From contig OZ025703.1 in NCBI GenBank assembly GCA_964019335.1, forward strand, positions 434,001 to 498,000: a stretch of DNA of 64,000 nt, in the 5' to 3' direction. Below the pieces are notes generated by a model, which was not told the DNA's origin, made no database searches, and saw only the letters and a program-made list of their open reading frames with translations. Source of the stretch: Diplonema japonicum (lineage: Eukaryota > Protista > Euglenozoa: Diplonemea). The translations under genes and the position numbers were made by a program. Shown in pieces: positions 24,108 to 35,000 of the stretch (position 1 is the first letter of the stretch; every line of letters starts with the position of its first letter).

Positions 24108-25309
24108 ATGCCCGGCAGTGACGAAGAAGTGGTTGGAGAGGCTGTGCCGTCTGAGAAGGGTGAGGAAGTCGAGCCGCCTGTCGAAGAATGCCAGGAAGAG
24201 GAGGCCTTCAACGAGGAACATGTGGACCCCAGTGATGGGAACAGGGAAGGGGATGAAGAATATGCGACAGAAGCAGTTGAGAAGGAAGACATCTCAAGAG
24301 ACGAGCAGGATCGTGAACAAGATACACTCTCTCCAGGGGCTAGTTCAGATAAGGGAAGAAGCACACCTGAAGCTGTACCAGAAGACAGCCCTCCAATGCA
24401 AGATCCCATCCAGATGCAGGTGAAGGGGAAATTGAAAGAGATTGAAGGGAACATGAAAAGAATCAAAGCTGAGTCTCTGAGCACCCGACTGGTCACAACA
24501 CGCACGTGTATCTCTTACAAGCCTGTGCAGAAGATCCCTGTCATGGAAGATCGAGTGCTCCCGTACAGGAACATCGAACGGGTACCCCGCACCACAGACC
24601 GAAGTAAGACCTGTTCTGAGCACGTTGAGAAGCTGGAGGCGATCCTTGAGTTGATAGCAAAACAGAAGGATGAGAACAGGAAGCTCAAGGAAGAGCTTAC
24701 TGCAAGAAGGCTCCGCAGGGGGCTACCTGAGCACAGCCACTACTACATCAAGAACAATCCGAGAAGTGACACAAAGTCAGTAACTGACAACTCAAGGAAG
24801 GAAAGGGAACGATACGACTACGACAGAGACAGCGCTTCCAGGAGCGAAAAGCAATGGTTCGCACCACGGAAAAGAGAAAGAGACAGAGATGACAGGGAAA
24901 GGGACAGACGCAGAGAAAAAGAGAGTAGAAGTGGATACAAAGACAGAAACAGAAGGTCCGGAGAGAGGACAAGTGAGCGGTCTTTCCCCAATGAGGACAA
25001 GCGATGTAACCCGTACAGCGTGCTGTGCAAGGAGAGGAACTACGACAAGTATACCACCCGAAGTAGCAAGAACACAGCTCAGGACGAGCCTGTGCAGGAG
25101 GCATGGGGTGTCATTGAGAGCCTGCAGGGTAGATCTGCTCAAGAAAGCAACGCGCGCGCTACCATGACGAAGACCCGCAATGTGCTAGGCAGCAAGCATG
25201 ACGCAGTGTGGAGCACCCAGTATGTCGAGAAACAGGTATGCTTCTTCTGCCGTCAGCACCACCGCAGATGGACCGCGACATGCGGCACGGCATCGATGCT
25301 GATTTCTAA
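24108..25309 (+). CDS. Acidic/coiled-coil/RD-rich hypothetical protein
   Basis: Long ORF; intron 25236-25267 gives a last exon ending TAA at 25309. Confidence 0.7.
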
Positions 25310-25395
25310 GCACCACTTATTGTATTTACACATAACTTCCGTTACGTTATTCCATCTTTTTGTCCTCCACACTACACATTCACACCCAGGGCACG

Positions 25396-27132
25396 ATGGC
25401 TTTGGCCAATGATGGAGGGTTCAACTTCGAGAAGGTGGCGAAAGCAATCTCAGCCTTCCTACACTTGCAAGGCGGGCAGGTCGACGCCGGCGTCTTGATT
25501 AGCCAGGTACCGGAGATTAAGAACATGCTGTCTGGGAGGCGGCTTGTTCCGTTCCTGCAGAGGTTCCCCGAGAGGTTTGAGCTGACGACCCCTAAGGAGA
25601 ACGTGACGTTGGTAAAGGTAATACTTCCGGTGGAGGAATCAGCAGATGCTGCCGGAGAGCTGGTCTTTACGAAGGACGTCTATTACAACGACGAGCTCGC
25701 AGCTGGCATGATCAATGGCATCATATACTACATGGGCAAGCAGGGCACACCTGCAGCGCCATGTAGGTGGCTCTACGCACACAGAGCAATCCCGAGGAAC
25801 TTGAAGGGCTGGGCCCTCACACACCCTCACTCCGACTGGAACTATTACGCCAAGCCTGACCTAGGCGGCTTCAAGGACGAAGCTGCAGCCCGAACTGGGT
25901 CGCTTCTCGCATACATGAAGGGTTTTGTTGACCATAACAGCGCAACATTCAAATGGGTTGACAAGGAGAAGGGCATGGTGACGCTGCAAGAAGGAGTAAT
26001 GGCGCCCGAGAAAAAGAAGGAACCAGAGAAGATCAAAATGTCGCATGTGTCGGCTGCAACGATGCAGCCCGATGAGGTGCAAGACGGGTCGTACATGCTG
26101 GTCACGAGGATCAGTTCCAGGACAAGAGAGCTCAACAAACTGGAAATGCAGTTGATGTCCAGCTGGGCAGGGCTCCCTCAGCCTCCTAAGGAAGTAAAGG
26201 CCGGGCTGTTGTGCGTCCCGAAGACAGAAGAGAGTACGAAGTTCATCAACAACATCAGCGTGCTGACTTCGGTAAGAAGGTGCTGCAGTGTCATCTGCAG
26301 TGCGACAACTGAGGAGGCTTTCTTGCATAAACTGCAGCATAGCGTGGTTCCTTGTGGAACGTGTAGCGTGGCCTTTGAAGTGCACTACCCCGAGACAAAC
26401 TCTGCTACTCTGCCATTCCATGACGTCACTAGACAGGCGATGCTGATGAGCAAGGTAATGGGCATCTTGGGCACGGAGAAGGTCACCTCACATGACGATG
26501 GGGAACATAAGTTGGTGTTGATAGCACTGAAGGGGTTCTATATGCTCGGCTTGGATGGGTCGCGCTGCAGCGAAGTGCAGGCATGGAACTCACAGTGGGA
26601 GGGCAGGCCGTTCTTTTTCAGCGGGTCGATGGAGGCATCGGTCGCAAGCGGCATTGTTAGTGTCGCGAAACTTGCATACGGCATTGAAAGGAAGAAGGGC
26701 CTCCTTCCCGACAGTGTGCTGGATGCGTGTTGCGGGAGTGGTACACTTGCGACGGCAGCAGCCATCCAAGGCGTACCGAATGTGACGGGGTTTGAACTGC
26801 GAGAGGATTTTGTGCCCCGCATCAAGGAGAACCTTGTACACACAAAGATTACGAACGTGACTGTTCTGTGCCATGACTGCACCCTCCCCTCCCCTGTCGC
26901 CATTACCCCGTCCTTGGTTTTTTGCAACGCACCATGGGGAAAGAAGTTCGGCACGGAGCAAGACTGTGCCAAGGTGGTGCGAGGTGTTCTATCCCACTAC
27001 CTCGTCTCGAGCCTCATATGCTTCATCATCCCAGGTCGCGTCCTCAACATGATTAAGGAGGAGATCCCCATCACAGTACTGCACGCGGTCCCTCTCGGCA
27101 CTGTGAGCTTATTCATAGTCAAGGCAGCATAA
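25396..27132 (+). CDS. SAM-dependent RNA amino-methyltransferase (Trm11/RlmL/THUMPD-like) with N-terminal winged-helix-like region
   Basis: Motif I VLDACCGSGT, motif IV CNAPWG, and RPFFFSGSM upstream. Confidence 0.8.
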   Translation: MALANDGGFNFEKVAKAISAFLHLQGGQVDAGVLISQVPEIKNMLSGRRLVPFLQRFPERFELTTPKENVTLVKVILPVEESADAAGELVFTKDVYYNDELAAGMINGIIYYMGKQGTPAAPCRWLYAHRAIPRNLKGWALTHPHSDWNYYAKPDLGGFKDEAAARTGSLLAYMKGFVDHNSATFKWVDKEKGMVTLQEGVMAPEKKKEPEKIKMSHVSAATMQPDEVQDGSYMLVTRISSRTRELNKLEMQLMSSWAGLPQPPKEVKAGLLCVPKTEESTKFINNISVLTSVRRCCSVICSATTEEAFLHKLQHSVVPCGTCSVAFEVHYPETNSATLPFHDVTRQAMLMSKVMGILGTEKVTSHDDGEHKLVLIALKGFYMLGLDGSRCSEVQAWNSQWEGRPFFFSGSMEASVASGIVSVAKLAYGIERKKGLLPDSVLDACCGSGTLATAAAIQGVPNVTGFELREDFVPRIKENLVHTKITNVTVLCHDCTLPSPVAITPSLVFCNAPWGKKFGTEQDCAKVVRGVLSHYLVSSLICFIIPGRVLNMIKEEIPITVLHAVPLGTVSLFIVKAA

Positions 27133-27231
27133 GGTGGCACGGTATCATTCTTATTAAAATAAATTCTTTTCGTGTTATGACAAAAGGCCACCGCCTGATT
27201 ATGCATTTTAGGTTTTTGTGGGAGGTTAAAA

Positions 27232-27621
27232 ATGACGAACAGGTATTTTTGCAGGAACCCTGATGAGGCTGTTGAGTCGCGTGTCATCGACGCTAAGGGG
27301 TGTGAACGCACTGTGTACACATACTTTGAATCTGACAAACTGTTCTCCGGGTTTGAATGGGTGGAGATTGGGGCTGAAGTCCCTTTGCACTGCCACGAGA
27401 CCTCTGAGGAAATCATCTTCTGTACACATGGTGAAGGACAGGCCGAGGTGGATGGTGTTACATCTGAGATGAGGCCAGGCACTATGATCCATATCCCCAT
27501 GGGTGTGATCCACAAGTTCGTGAACACCAGCAGCACTGAGCGCCTCGGTTTCACACTCACTCTGACCCCCCACACTCCTATCCGCAAGTTCATGGCCAAC
27601 AGCAACCAAAACGAAGAATAG
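27232..27621 (+). CDS. Cupin_2 protein
   Basis: PLHCHETSEEIIFCTHGEG...PGTMIHIPMGVIHKFVN: complete H-H-E-H metal site. Confidence 0.9.
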   Translation: MTNRYFCRNPDEAVESRVIDAKGCERTVYTYFESDKLFSGFEWVEIGAEVPLHCHETSEEIIFCTHGEGQAEVDGVTSEMRPGTMIHIPMGVIHKFVNTSSTERLGFTLTLTPHTPIRKFMANSNQNEE

Positions 27622-27801
27622 AAATAAGATCCCGCTAGCTAGCTAGCTAGCTCGCTTGTGCGTGGGAATGTCCTGATGGATTATTCCGCATTACGAAACG
27701 AAAAAAAAAAGCTAAAAAAAGAAGAATAAGAAAATATACAAAGTTTGTCCTGTTTATGATGCTATTTGCTCTATTTAAGATACCCCACGCAGGTAGGTGG
27801 T

Positions 27802-29859
27802 ATGAGTGTGCTATACCACTTAGCGAAGCACTGGAAGATACGATGGGGCTTCACAGATGCCATCTGGAGGCTGGAACTTACGATAATTCTTGCTGTGGTG
27901 CTGATGCTAGGGAGTTTGTTCATCCTGCTGTATACTAGCGTGGCTGGGTTCATGGGCGACATCCCTCCTGGGTTTGCTGTGGTTGCGGTATGCCTGCCGT
28001 GTTTCTGCCTTTTATACTCCCTCAACACAGTTGCTGTATTGCATTGGAATCCTTTTGGGCGTGTGGATCACGAAGCTGCAACGGAGGCTGCTACCCTTCG
28101 CGATGTCGGCGATAGCACCGCTGATGGTTCTGGTGATCCCCGCCTTTGCTTTCAGCAACTGCTCAATGGTATGTGACTACAAAAAGAAGAGGGAAACAAA
28201 AAGAAAAAAACAAAGATTGAGGACGGCCAGCCCTACGCATACATTTTCCTGCTGCTGCTGATGACGTGGGTGCAGGTGCTTATCAACGAGACGTGGCTGC
28301 GTGCTGCGGTTGTGATCTACACCTTCGTGGTGTCAATGTTGATGTTGCTGTTGGAGAAAACAAAGGATAACCGTATGTGCGCCGACATCATCGACTTAAG
28401 CTCGCCTATTGCCTACTTGCTGTTTGGCGTTTGCTACACTATGCTCATCTGCCTTGTCTCGTGGGTCGCACAGCGTATGTGGAGAATCGAAGGAACGCCC
28501 CCCTCACACGAGTCAGTGTACACCCCCACCAGGGTGGTGCTCGATGACAAGACAAAGCTCCTCGACGCGATCGACCTCCTGCGAGGAAGGGGCATCGATG
28601 ATGAAGTCGACGAGCTGGAGCGGCTTGCTCAGAATGCAACGAAGCTCGCGGGTGTGACTGTCATGCCTGGTGTCCCTTACGCGGACTCTCCTGTCGCGAA
28701 GCGGCACTCCGCCCGTTCGATCATGTCACACAGTGGCAACGCAGAGTGCGATCTGGTATGTCGCCGACTTGATTGAAACCACGCACAGTACTCTGTCATC
28801 GAATCCGAATGCCAGCCCCTGTCGACACGCGAGCAGCAATGCGGGCGTGAGAGCTACGGTCTCTACTCCTTCTGCACCTCCACAGGCGACTTGCTCGGCA
28901 AATCGTACGAGTCAATGGCCAAGTCCAACGGCCATATGGTTACTGCCTCGTCCCTCCCTCCTGAGACGCCCACCGCTTGGGAGCCGTCTCCCGAGGACTA
29001 CATCGGGATGCTCCCTGATGGCTTCGGGCAGGAGTACAACCCAAAGAACGAGTCGTACCTTGTCGTGAAACACTTTGAGACACTTTTGTCGGAACCAGAG
29101 GTGTGGGGGAGAAAAAGAAAAATCACAAAAAAAAAAAAAAAAAAAAAAAAGTTGGTGCAGCATCTGGGCAAAGGTGGTGTGTTGTTCTGCATGGCGTGCA
29201 AGCTGCGGAAGGACCTGACAGAGTCGGAGGTCAGGCTTATCGAGTGCTTCGTGAACATGTCGTCCTTCGAGGACGAGGTGAAGGAGGCAGGCACCATCCC
29301 CGTTGATATGCGTGCAGAGAGCGCTGTGGACTTCACCTTCTGGAGGAACACTGCTGCGTACTACCTACCGGGGATCAAGAAGGAGGACGTGAACGCGGCG
29401 GTCATCAGCTCGTACGCGTACCAGAAGGCGTGCCAGCCGTCGGGGACATATGTCTGGAATGATGTGCAGGGGGAGAACACCTTCAGGATAACCAAAAGCA
29501 TCATCCCGCTTGTGTTCAAGGTCACCATTCAGTTCAAGTGCAGCGACGTGCCTGAGGAGTTCCTCCCGCAGTTCTCAGGGCACATGTCGGGTCTGCAGGT
29601 GCACAAGGCGGTGCTCATGGAGAGGACCCGGAGAAAGAAGGGCGGCTTGGACGTGTGCAAAAAATGCAAATCACTCCTCCTCTACCACTTCCTTCCTGAC
29701 GGTGGTGCCATTGTGGTCAACCCCGTGGCACTTGTGAACACGTCGATTCCTTCCATCTTGGTCTCCATCATAGACAGAGTCGGCAGCTTGGGGGGCAAAG
29801 AGGTCGCAACTTGCGCGAAGCTTGCCCGACAGTACCTCAAAAAGGAGCAAGGGGTGTGA
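27802..29859 (+). CDS. Multi-pass membrane protein with C-terminal globular (possibly START/SRPBCC-like) domain, 5 exons
   Basis: Four ORFs joined in frame; introns 27988-28030, 28169-28215, 28756-28788, 29101-29151. Confidence 0.7.
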
Positions 29860-30910
29860 ACGAGCGCTTTTTTTTGTTCCTTTTTCTTCTTCTTTTTGAA
29901 GGGTTTGGTGCAATTTTTCACTCAATGCCACGATTTTTTTTTTTTCTAGTATAAATGACAATGGGGTAGGGGGGTGGGTGGGTCGCGACAACAACAAATT
30001 TCCGTCTTCTTTCCCAGCACTCTTTTTTTTTCTTTTTACAATAGTGAACACCCCCATGCACACTGAAATTGTATGAGTTTCTTTTTTTCTCTCTCTTCCT
30101 TTCATGGTTCCTGGCGCCTTGGTGTGCTAGCGCTGCTCCTTTATTTGGTTTTTATGATTATCTCGCGTGCTGCTGGAAACTAAGGGGGAAAGAAATGGGG
30201 AACAAAAGAAAGGGGGGGGCGGTCACCAACATGTGATCTTGTTCCACCCTTCGGTTTCTCTCTGCACACTGGAGAAAACTTTTTTATTCTATTATTTTTT
30301 ATATCCCTGTGTGACCCACACAAAGGTACCTATGGTTTTTATTTTTTAAAAGGAGGAGTAGGTGCTCTACCTTCCCATAACTAGCATACCGGTTACAACA
30401 GGTCCACCAGGCAGGATACCTAAAGAAAAACTCATATTTTTCTCTTCGAAAAAAAAAGAAAAAGAGAAAAAAAGAAAAAGAAAGTTACAAAATATTGGGG
30501 CCGCGGCATGGCTTCAGGTTGAGAAAGAAAAAAAAAAATGAAAAAAAAAAGAAAATGACTGTAGTGACAAAAAATAAATATCTGCGCTCACCCCCCCTGC
30601 TGCTGGTTTTTTCCCTTTTTTTTTTTTCGTTAGCTTTATACCTGACGAAAGAAGGGAAGGGAAAGAAAAAAAGAAGGGGGGGGGAAAAAGAATATGGTTC
30701 GCATCCAAAGAGCTTTATTATTTTATCTATTATTGTCAACCAAGAAAATGTTTCACTGGAATTAGATTCGTGGGGAATGAACATTTTTAGGAGTGCAATC
30801 TTTTTCGGGGGGGAAATGCTTCCCGCTGGCTCAAATCTTGGTTTACAGTACCTTTTTTTTTTTTTTTTTTGTGTTTCGGTCTATTTTTTTCCAAACAGAG
30901 GATGAATTTA

Positions 30911-30952
<42 letters not shown>

Positions 30953-31330
30953 GAAGTAAAGTAGAAAAGCCAAAAGGTTTGAGAAAGAAAAGTAAAGGGG
31001 GTCGGTGTGACACATGGGCACCCTTTTTTTTCCCTTTTCTTCTTCCTTCTTTTTTACTGGAACAACTCAACAAAACTTTGAAAAGAATTGTTATTGTAAA
31101 AAAAAAAAAGAAAAGAGTAGAGGCAGCCTGTCCGTTTATCCCTGTAAAACGGCTTGCACAAAAACAATCAGCCGACTCTTTTTTCTTTTCTTTTTTTTTT
31201 CTTCTTCTTATATATTTTATGTTATTTTCTTTTTGACTTTGCGTGTTTTTAATCGACCCCCGATTTATTCCCTACGTTCTTGGAAAAAAAAAAAAAAAAA
31301 AAAAAAAACAAAGAATTCAGACTGTGTTAT
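29860..31330. repeat. Homopolymer-rich intergenic spacer
   Basis: Long poly-A/poly-T runs; only poly-K/poly-F pseudo-ORFs. Confidence 0.8.
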
Positions 31331-31375
31331 TTCCTTTTCCACACCTTTTCACCCCCCAAGCAGGTGCGAGGAACT

Positions 31376-31921
31376 ATGTTCTGCCCCCCACAGCGTGCAG
31401 GGGCGGTTGCAAGCCTCCCACCGCAGACAAGGGAACACAACAAGAGTACGAAATATGTCCCGTGGCGTGCTGACATTCTAGACAGCTTGCTGGTCGGGGC
31501 TGAGTCTCCAGGACCTATCTACTTGCCAGAAGCAAGGAAAGGGAGTATGTGTGTCTTCCCCCATGCCAGGAGGAGCAACCCTGTAGACAACAGCAAGGTG
31601 TGCGGCCGGACCGCGACAGAGACGCCAGGCCCGGGTGCCCACAACGCAAACCTACATGAGACGCGCTTGCGAATCACTTTCGGGAAAAGGCTCATCAAGC
31701 CACTCCGACGTCTTGTACCAGGCCCTGCTTGCTACGACCCAACACTTTCTGTCAAGCACACGCACCTGACCCGTAAGGCATGTAGCATCCCCAAAGCCCC
31801 ACGCGGACCCCTCTTCCCCATCCCGAACCACACCCCTGGTCCCGCCTCAGCCACCATATCCGACATTGGCTTCTACGGCACCACCTTTAACGGCACCTTT
31901 TCAAAGGCAGAGCGATTTTAA
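31376..31921 (+). CDS. Sperm-tail PG-rich repeat (STPG/ODF3-like) flagellar protein
   Basis: Repeats SPGPIY, TPGPGAH, VPGPACY, TPGPAS. Confidence 0.75.
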   Translation: MFCPPQRAGAVASLPPQTREHNKSTKYVPWRADILDSLLVGAESPGPIYLPEARKGSMCVFPHARRSNPVDNSKVCGRTATETPGPGAHNANLHETRLRITFGKRLIKPLRRLVPGPACYDPTLSVKHTHLTRKACSIPKAPRGPLFPIPNHTPGPASATISDIGFYGTTFNGTFSKAERF

Positions 31922-32029
31922 CCCGATGGCTGCTTCCGCAGTTTTGCGCAAAGATTTTATTCTTTTACCCCCCCCCCCCCCCCCCCGTTTTGTTGTCCCA
32001 CGCCTTGCAGGTTGTACACATGCCGCACC

Positions 32030-35000
32030 ATGCGGGCGCCTAACGGGTACTACGGCTTCAAGCACAAGCAGACCGCAGTCGAGATCATCTACAGCAGCAA
32101 CGAGCTCCCGCTTCTATGGGGCAGCAGCTCGAAAATAGGTGGCCGGTGGAAGAGCGACATGGCCAGGAAGACGGGGACGGCGTCGCCGGACGGGACAGCT
32201 CGGGACGAGGAGGTTGGCGCTGCTGTCGCCTGCACCCACGAAGGGAACTGCGATGTGTCAGACTTCGGAAAGGTACTGATGTACAAGAGAGCCGCAAAGG
32301 CGCAGGGGCTTGAGCAGCGAATGGAGCCCCTGCCTGTTAAAACCAGCACCCAGCCTAGCCAGGCAGCTCCCCCGAAAAGCAAACGATGGAAGGCACGTGT
32401 CCAACAGAACGAGAATCCCGAGGTCCCCAGGCTGCCTGTGCGGAGCAAACCTGCCAAGCAGCTTGAAGCTGCGCACGTAGGTGAAATGCTACAGGCCCGT
32501 ACTCTTGGTGAGGGGCAGCAGGTACAGCCCCCTTGCCGCACTTCTCTTCCGCCGTTGAAGCTTCCCCGCGAGGTGTGCGATGTGCTGACCCGTTCGGACC
32601 CCCTGTCGAAGGTGAAGACACCTGAAGTAGGAAAGATAGTGCCGCCTGACGAACAAGTTGACAGAAGCAAGTCACCGCCCATCCCCTTGCGGGACTCTCG
32701 CATCTCTTTGCAGACTCTGAAGGACGGCCCAGATGAGATCAGGAAGATCAAATGCATCTTAGACGAGATACGCGAAAACGTGGACGTAAGGTACTTCATG
32801 GACGAAGACGACGACAGTGGCAGGAGGGTGAGGGAACGTGGGGGTGGGGGTGGGGGTGACAAGTACCCGACAAAAGCACGGCCGGTTTTGAAGGAGCTGG
32901 GAACGAGGGCTGACTCCTGGTCTGAGCCTGAACGACACATACCTACCGACAATCCTGCACCTTCGGTGCCGAGGAAGAATAGCGCAAGGAAGCTTGTTGA
33001 TAAGACGGCACCAGCAGCAGCTCCAGTGCAGGCATCCACTTCGGCCACCATCAGCATCTCTACCATTGCGCCACACCAAGCTGTGATACACGCTCCGGAA
33101 GGCACCAGGGTGCCTACGAATTTCCTTCCTTTCTACAGGGAAGAGATAACAACGAACGGTATCAGACGCATCCTCTACGAGGTGAAGGTGCAATGCGGTG
33201 ACGGTAGCACCACGACGCAGCAGAATCGCTCCTTCACCGAGGGTGTCACGTGGGGCAGCCTGCATTCCTTTGAGGCCAGCAAGCACAGGCAGATTTCGCC
33301 GATCGGAAAGTACCATTCAGCGAAACTCATCTGCAAAGAAACGCTGAACTCTGATGAGCAGACTACAGAGAAGATGACACTGGGATATGAACGCAAATTT
33401 GTAGGGTTTGCAAACGGGGAGCATGTGCACAGGGAGGCATTGCATGTGGAAGATGGACAACCTACTTCACACCATGAAAAAGCGAAAGAAGAAAACGAAA
33501 CTGATAAGAAAGAAGGCTGCGAAATCGTGGCGTTGCAGGTTGAAGCACGAAAAAGCGAAGAGGAAGAAGAAAAAGAAAAGGAAAAGCAGGAAACAATATC
33601 ATCACACGAGAAAGGTGAGGAGGTGAAGAAAGAAACGGAACCCGTCAAACAAGAAGGAACAGAGTTGTTGGACAGCAATCAGGAGGGAAGCTGTAAACAA
33701 CGGGAAGAAGAGCGAAGCGAGGAGTGGGGACAACAAACGGAAGCTCAGCCGGTAGAACCGGTAGGATGGGAACAGCACAACAGCAAACTAAAAGTAGAAA
33801 CAACAAGACCAAAAATAGAAGTGAAGGTACCAGTAGGTGTGGCAGCTGAAAATAGTGAACCAGAAGACCCCCCGGCTCCATGGCAAGAAGAACGGAGAAG
33901 CACCCGTGTTTCTCTGCACGGCATCAGCGAAGATAACAACGAAAGCAACAAACTTGCTAACAGCCAGACTGACACTTACTCAGGAGAGAGATGCAAGAGG
34001 CCTGGTGGTACGCAAAGCATCGCAAGCAGCAAGAGTGACTGGGATCTTGGCGTCGACTCCCCCAGCATGCCTATCCCTATGTATAACTTCAAGAAGATAT
34101 CGATTGACGTTAGCATCGCAAGTAGCTCGAATGAAGGATGGTCGATAAAGGACAAGGCCAGCCTTCTGGAAGTCAGCGTGAGCGACTACATCGGGGAAAT
34201 AGACGCGCGGTCTGTGGACAGCGATGGGTGCACAGAGCTGTCGAGGGCTGAGAGTGAGCCTAATGATGACATCTTCAACTTGCCGCTGCTGTCGCCCACA
34301 TCGAAACCGAAGGACATACCAATGTCAACGAGGTCAGCGGATGCTTACCTTGACAAAGCCAGGAAGGTGAGAAAGTCCCGATTCCAGTCTCGCCTCTCGT
34401 TGTCGATGACTTCGACAGTTACCAAAAGCATGCAGAAGTTACGACGGAAGAACAAACGACAGCAGTCTTTCCACACCAGCGAGACAGAGGCCTGCGTGAC
34501 GGGCATCGAGGTGAAGTACCGCGAGGCGCTGGGCGACTTCAGCCTTGACACCTTTGGAGACATCGACCCCATACGGCGATTCAGCTTGCTGGATATCCTG
34601 ACGAAGGCGTATAACCCGTTCAAAATCAAAGCCTTTATCAACTGCCAGCAGGCTGAGGTCGGGAAGCACGATTTGGTACAACAACCTAAGCAGACACGTC
34701 GCAAGTCCATCATGCCTAACGTTGGGCTGAAGAAGAAGCGAAGCGTGTTTGAACCAGCCCTGGACGTGTCACAGAGGAAGAAAAGTGTGTTAGACCTGAA
34801 CCAGGAAGCCACACCATACACGGCGCTGCTGATCGGTGTTGAGCACTACGCTGATAAGAGGGTAGATCCCTGCAGACACGCAACATGTGATGTGTTTGTT
34901 TTGGCCTCACTTCTCAGGAGCCTGGGGTACAACGTCACGGGGATGTACTGCGGTGCACAGGAGCCGTTGCAGCCGACAAAGGAAAACATTGCAGAAAGGA

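Noticed and set aside
27633-27652. (GCTA)n palindromic run after the cupin gene
   Set aside because: Simple microsatellite of about 5 units; nothing else supports a function.
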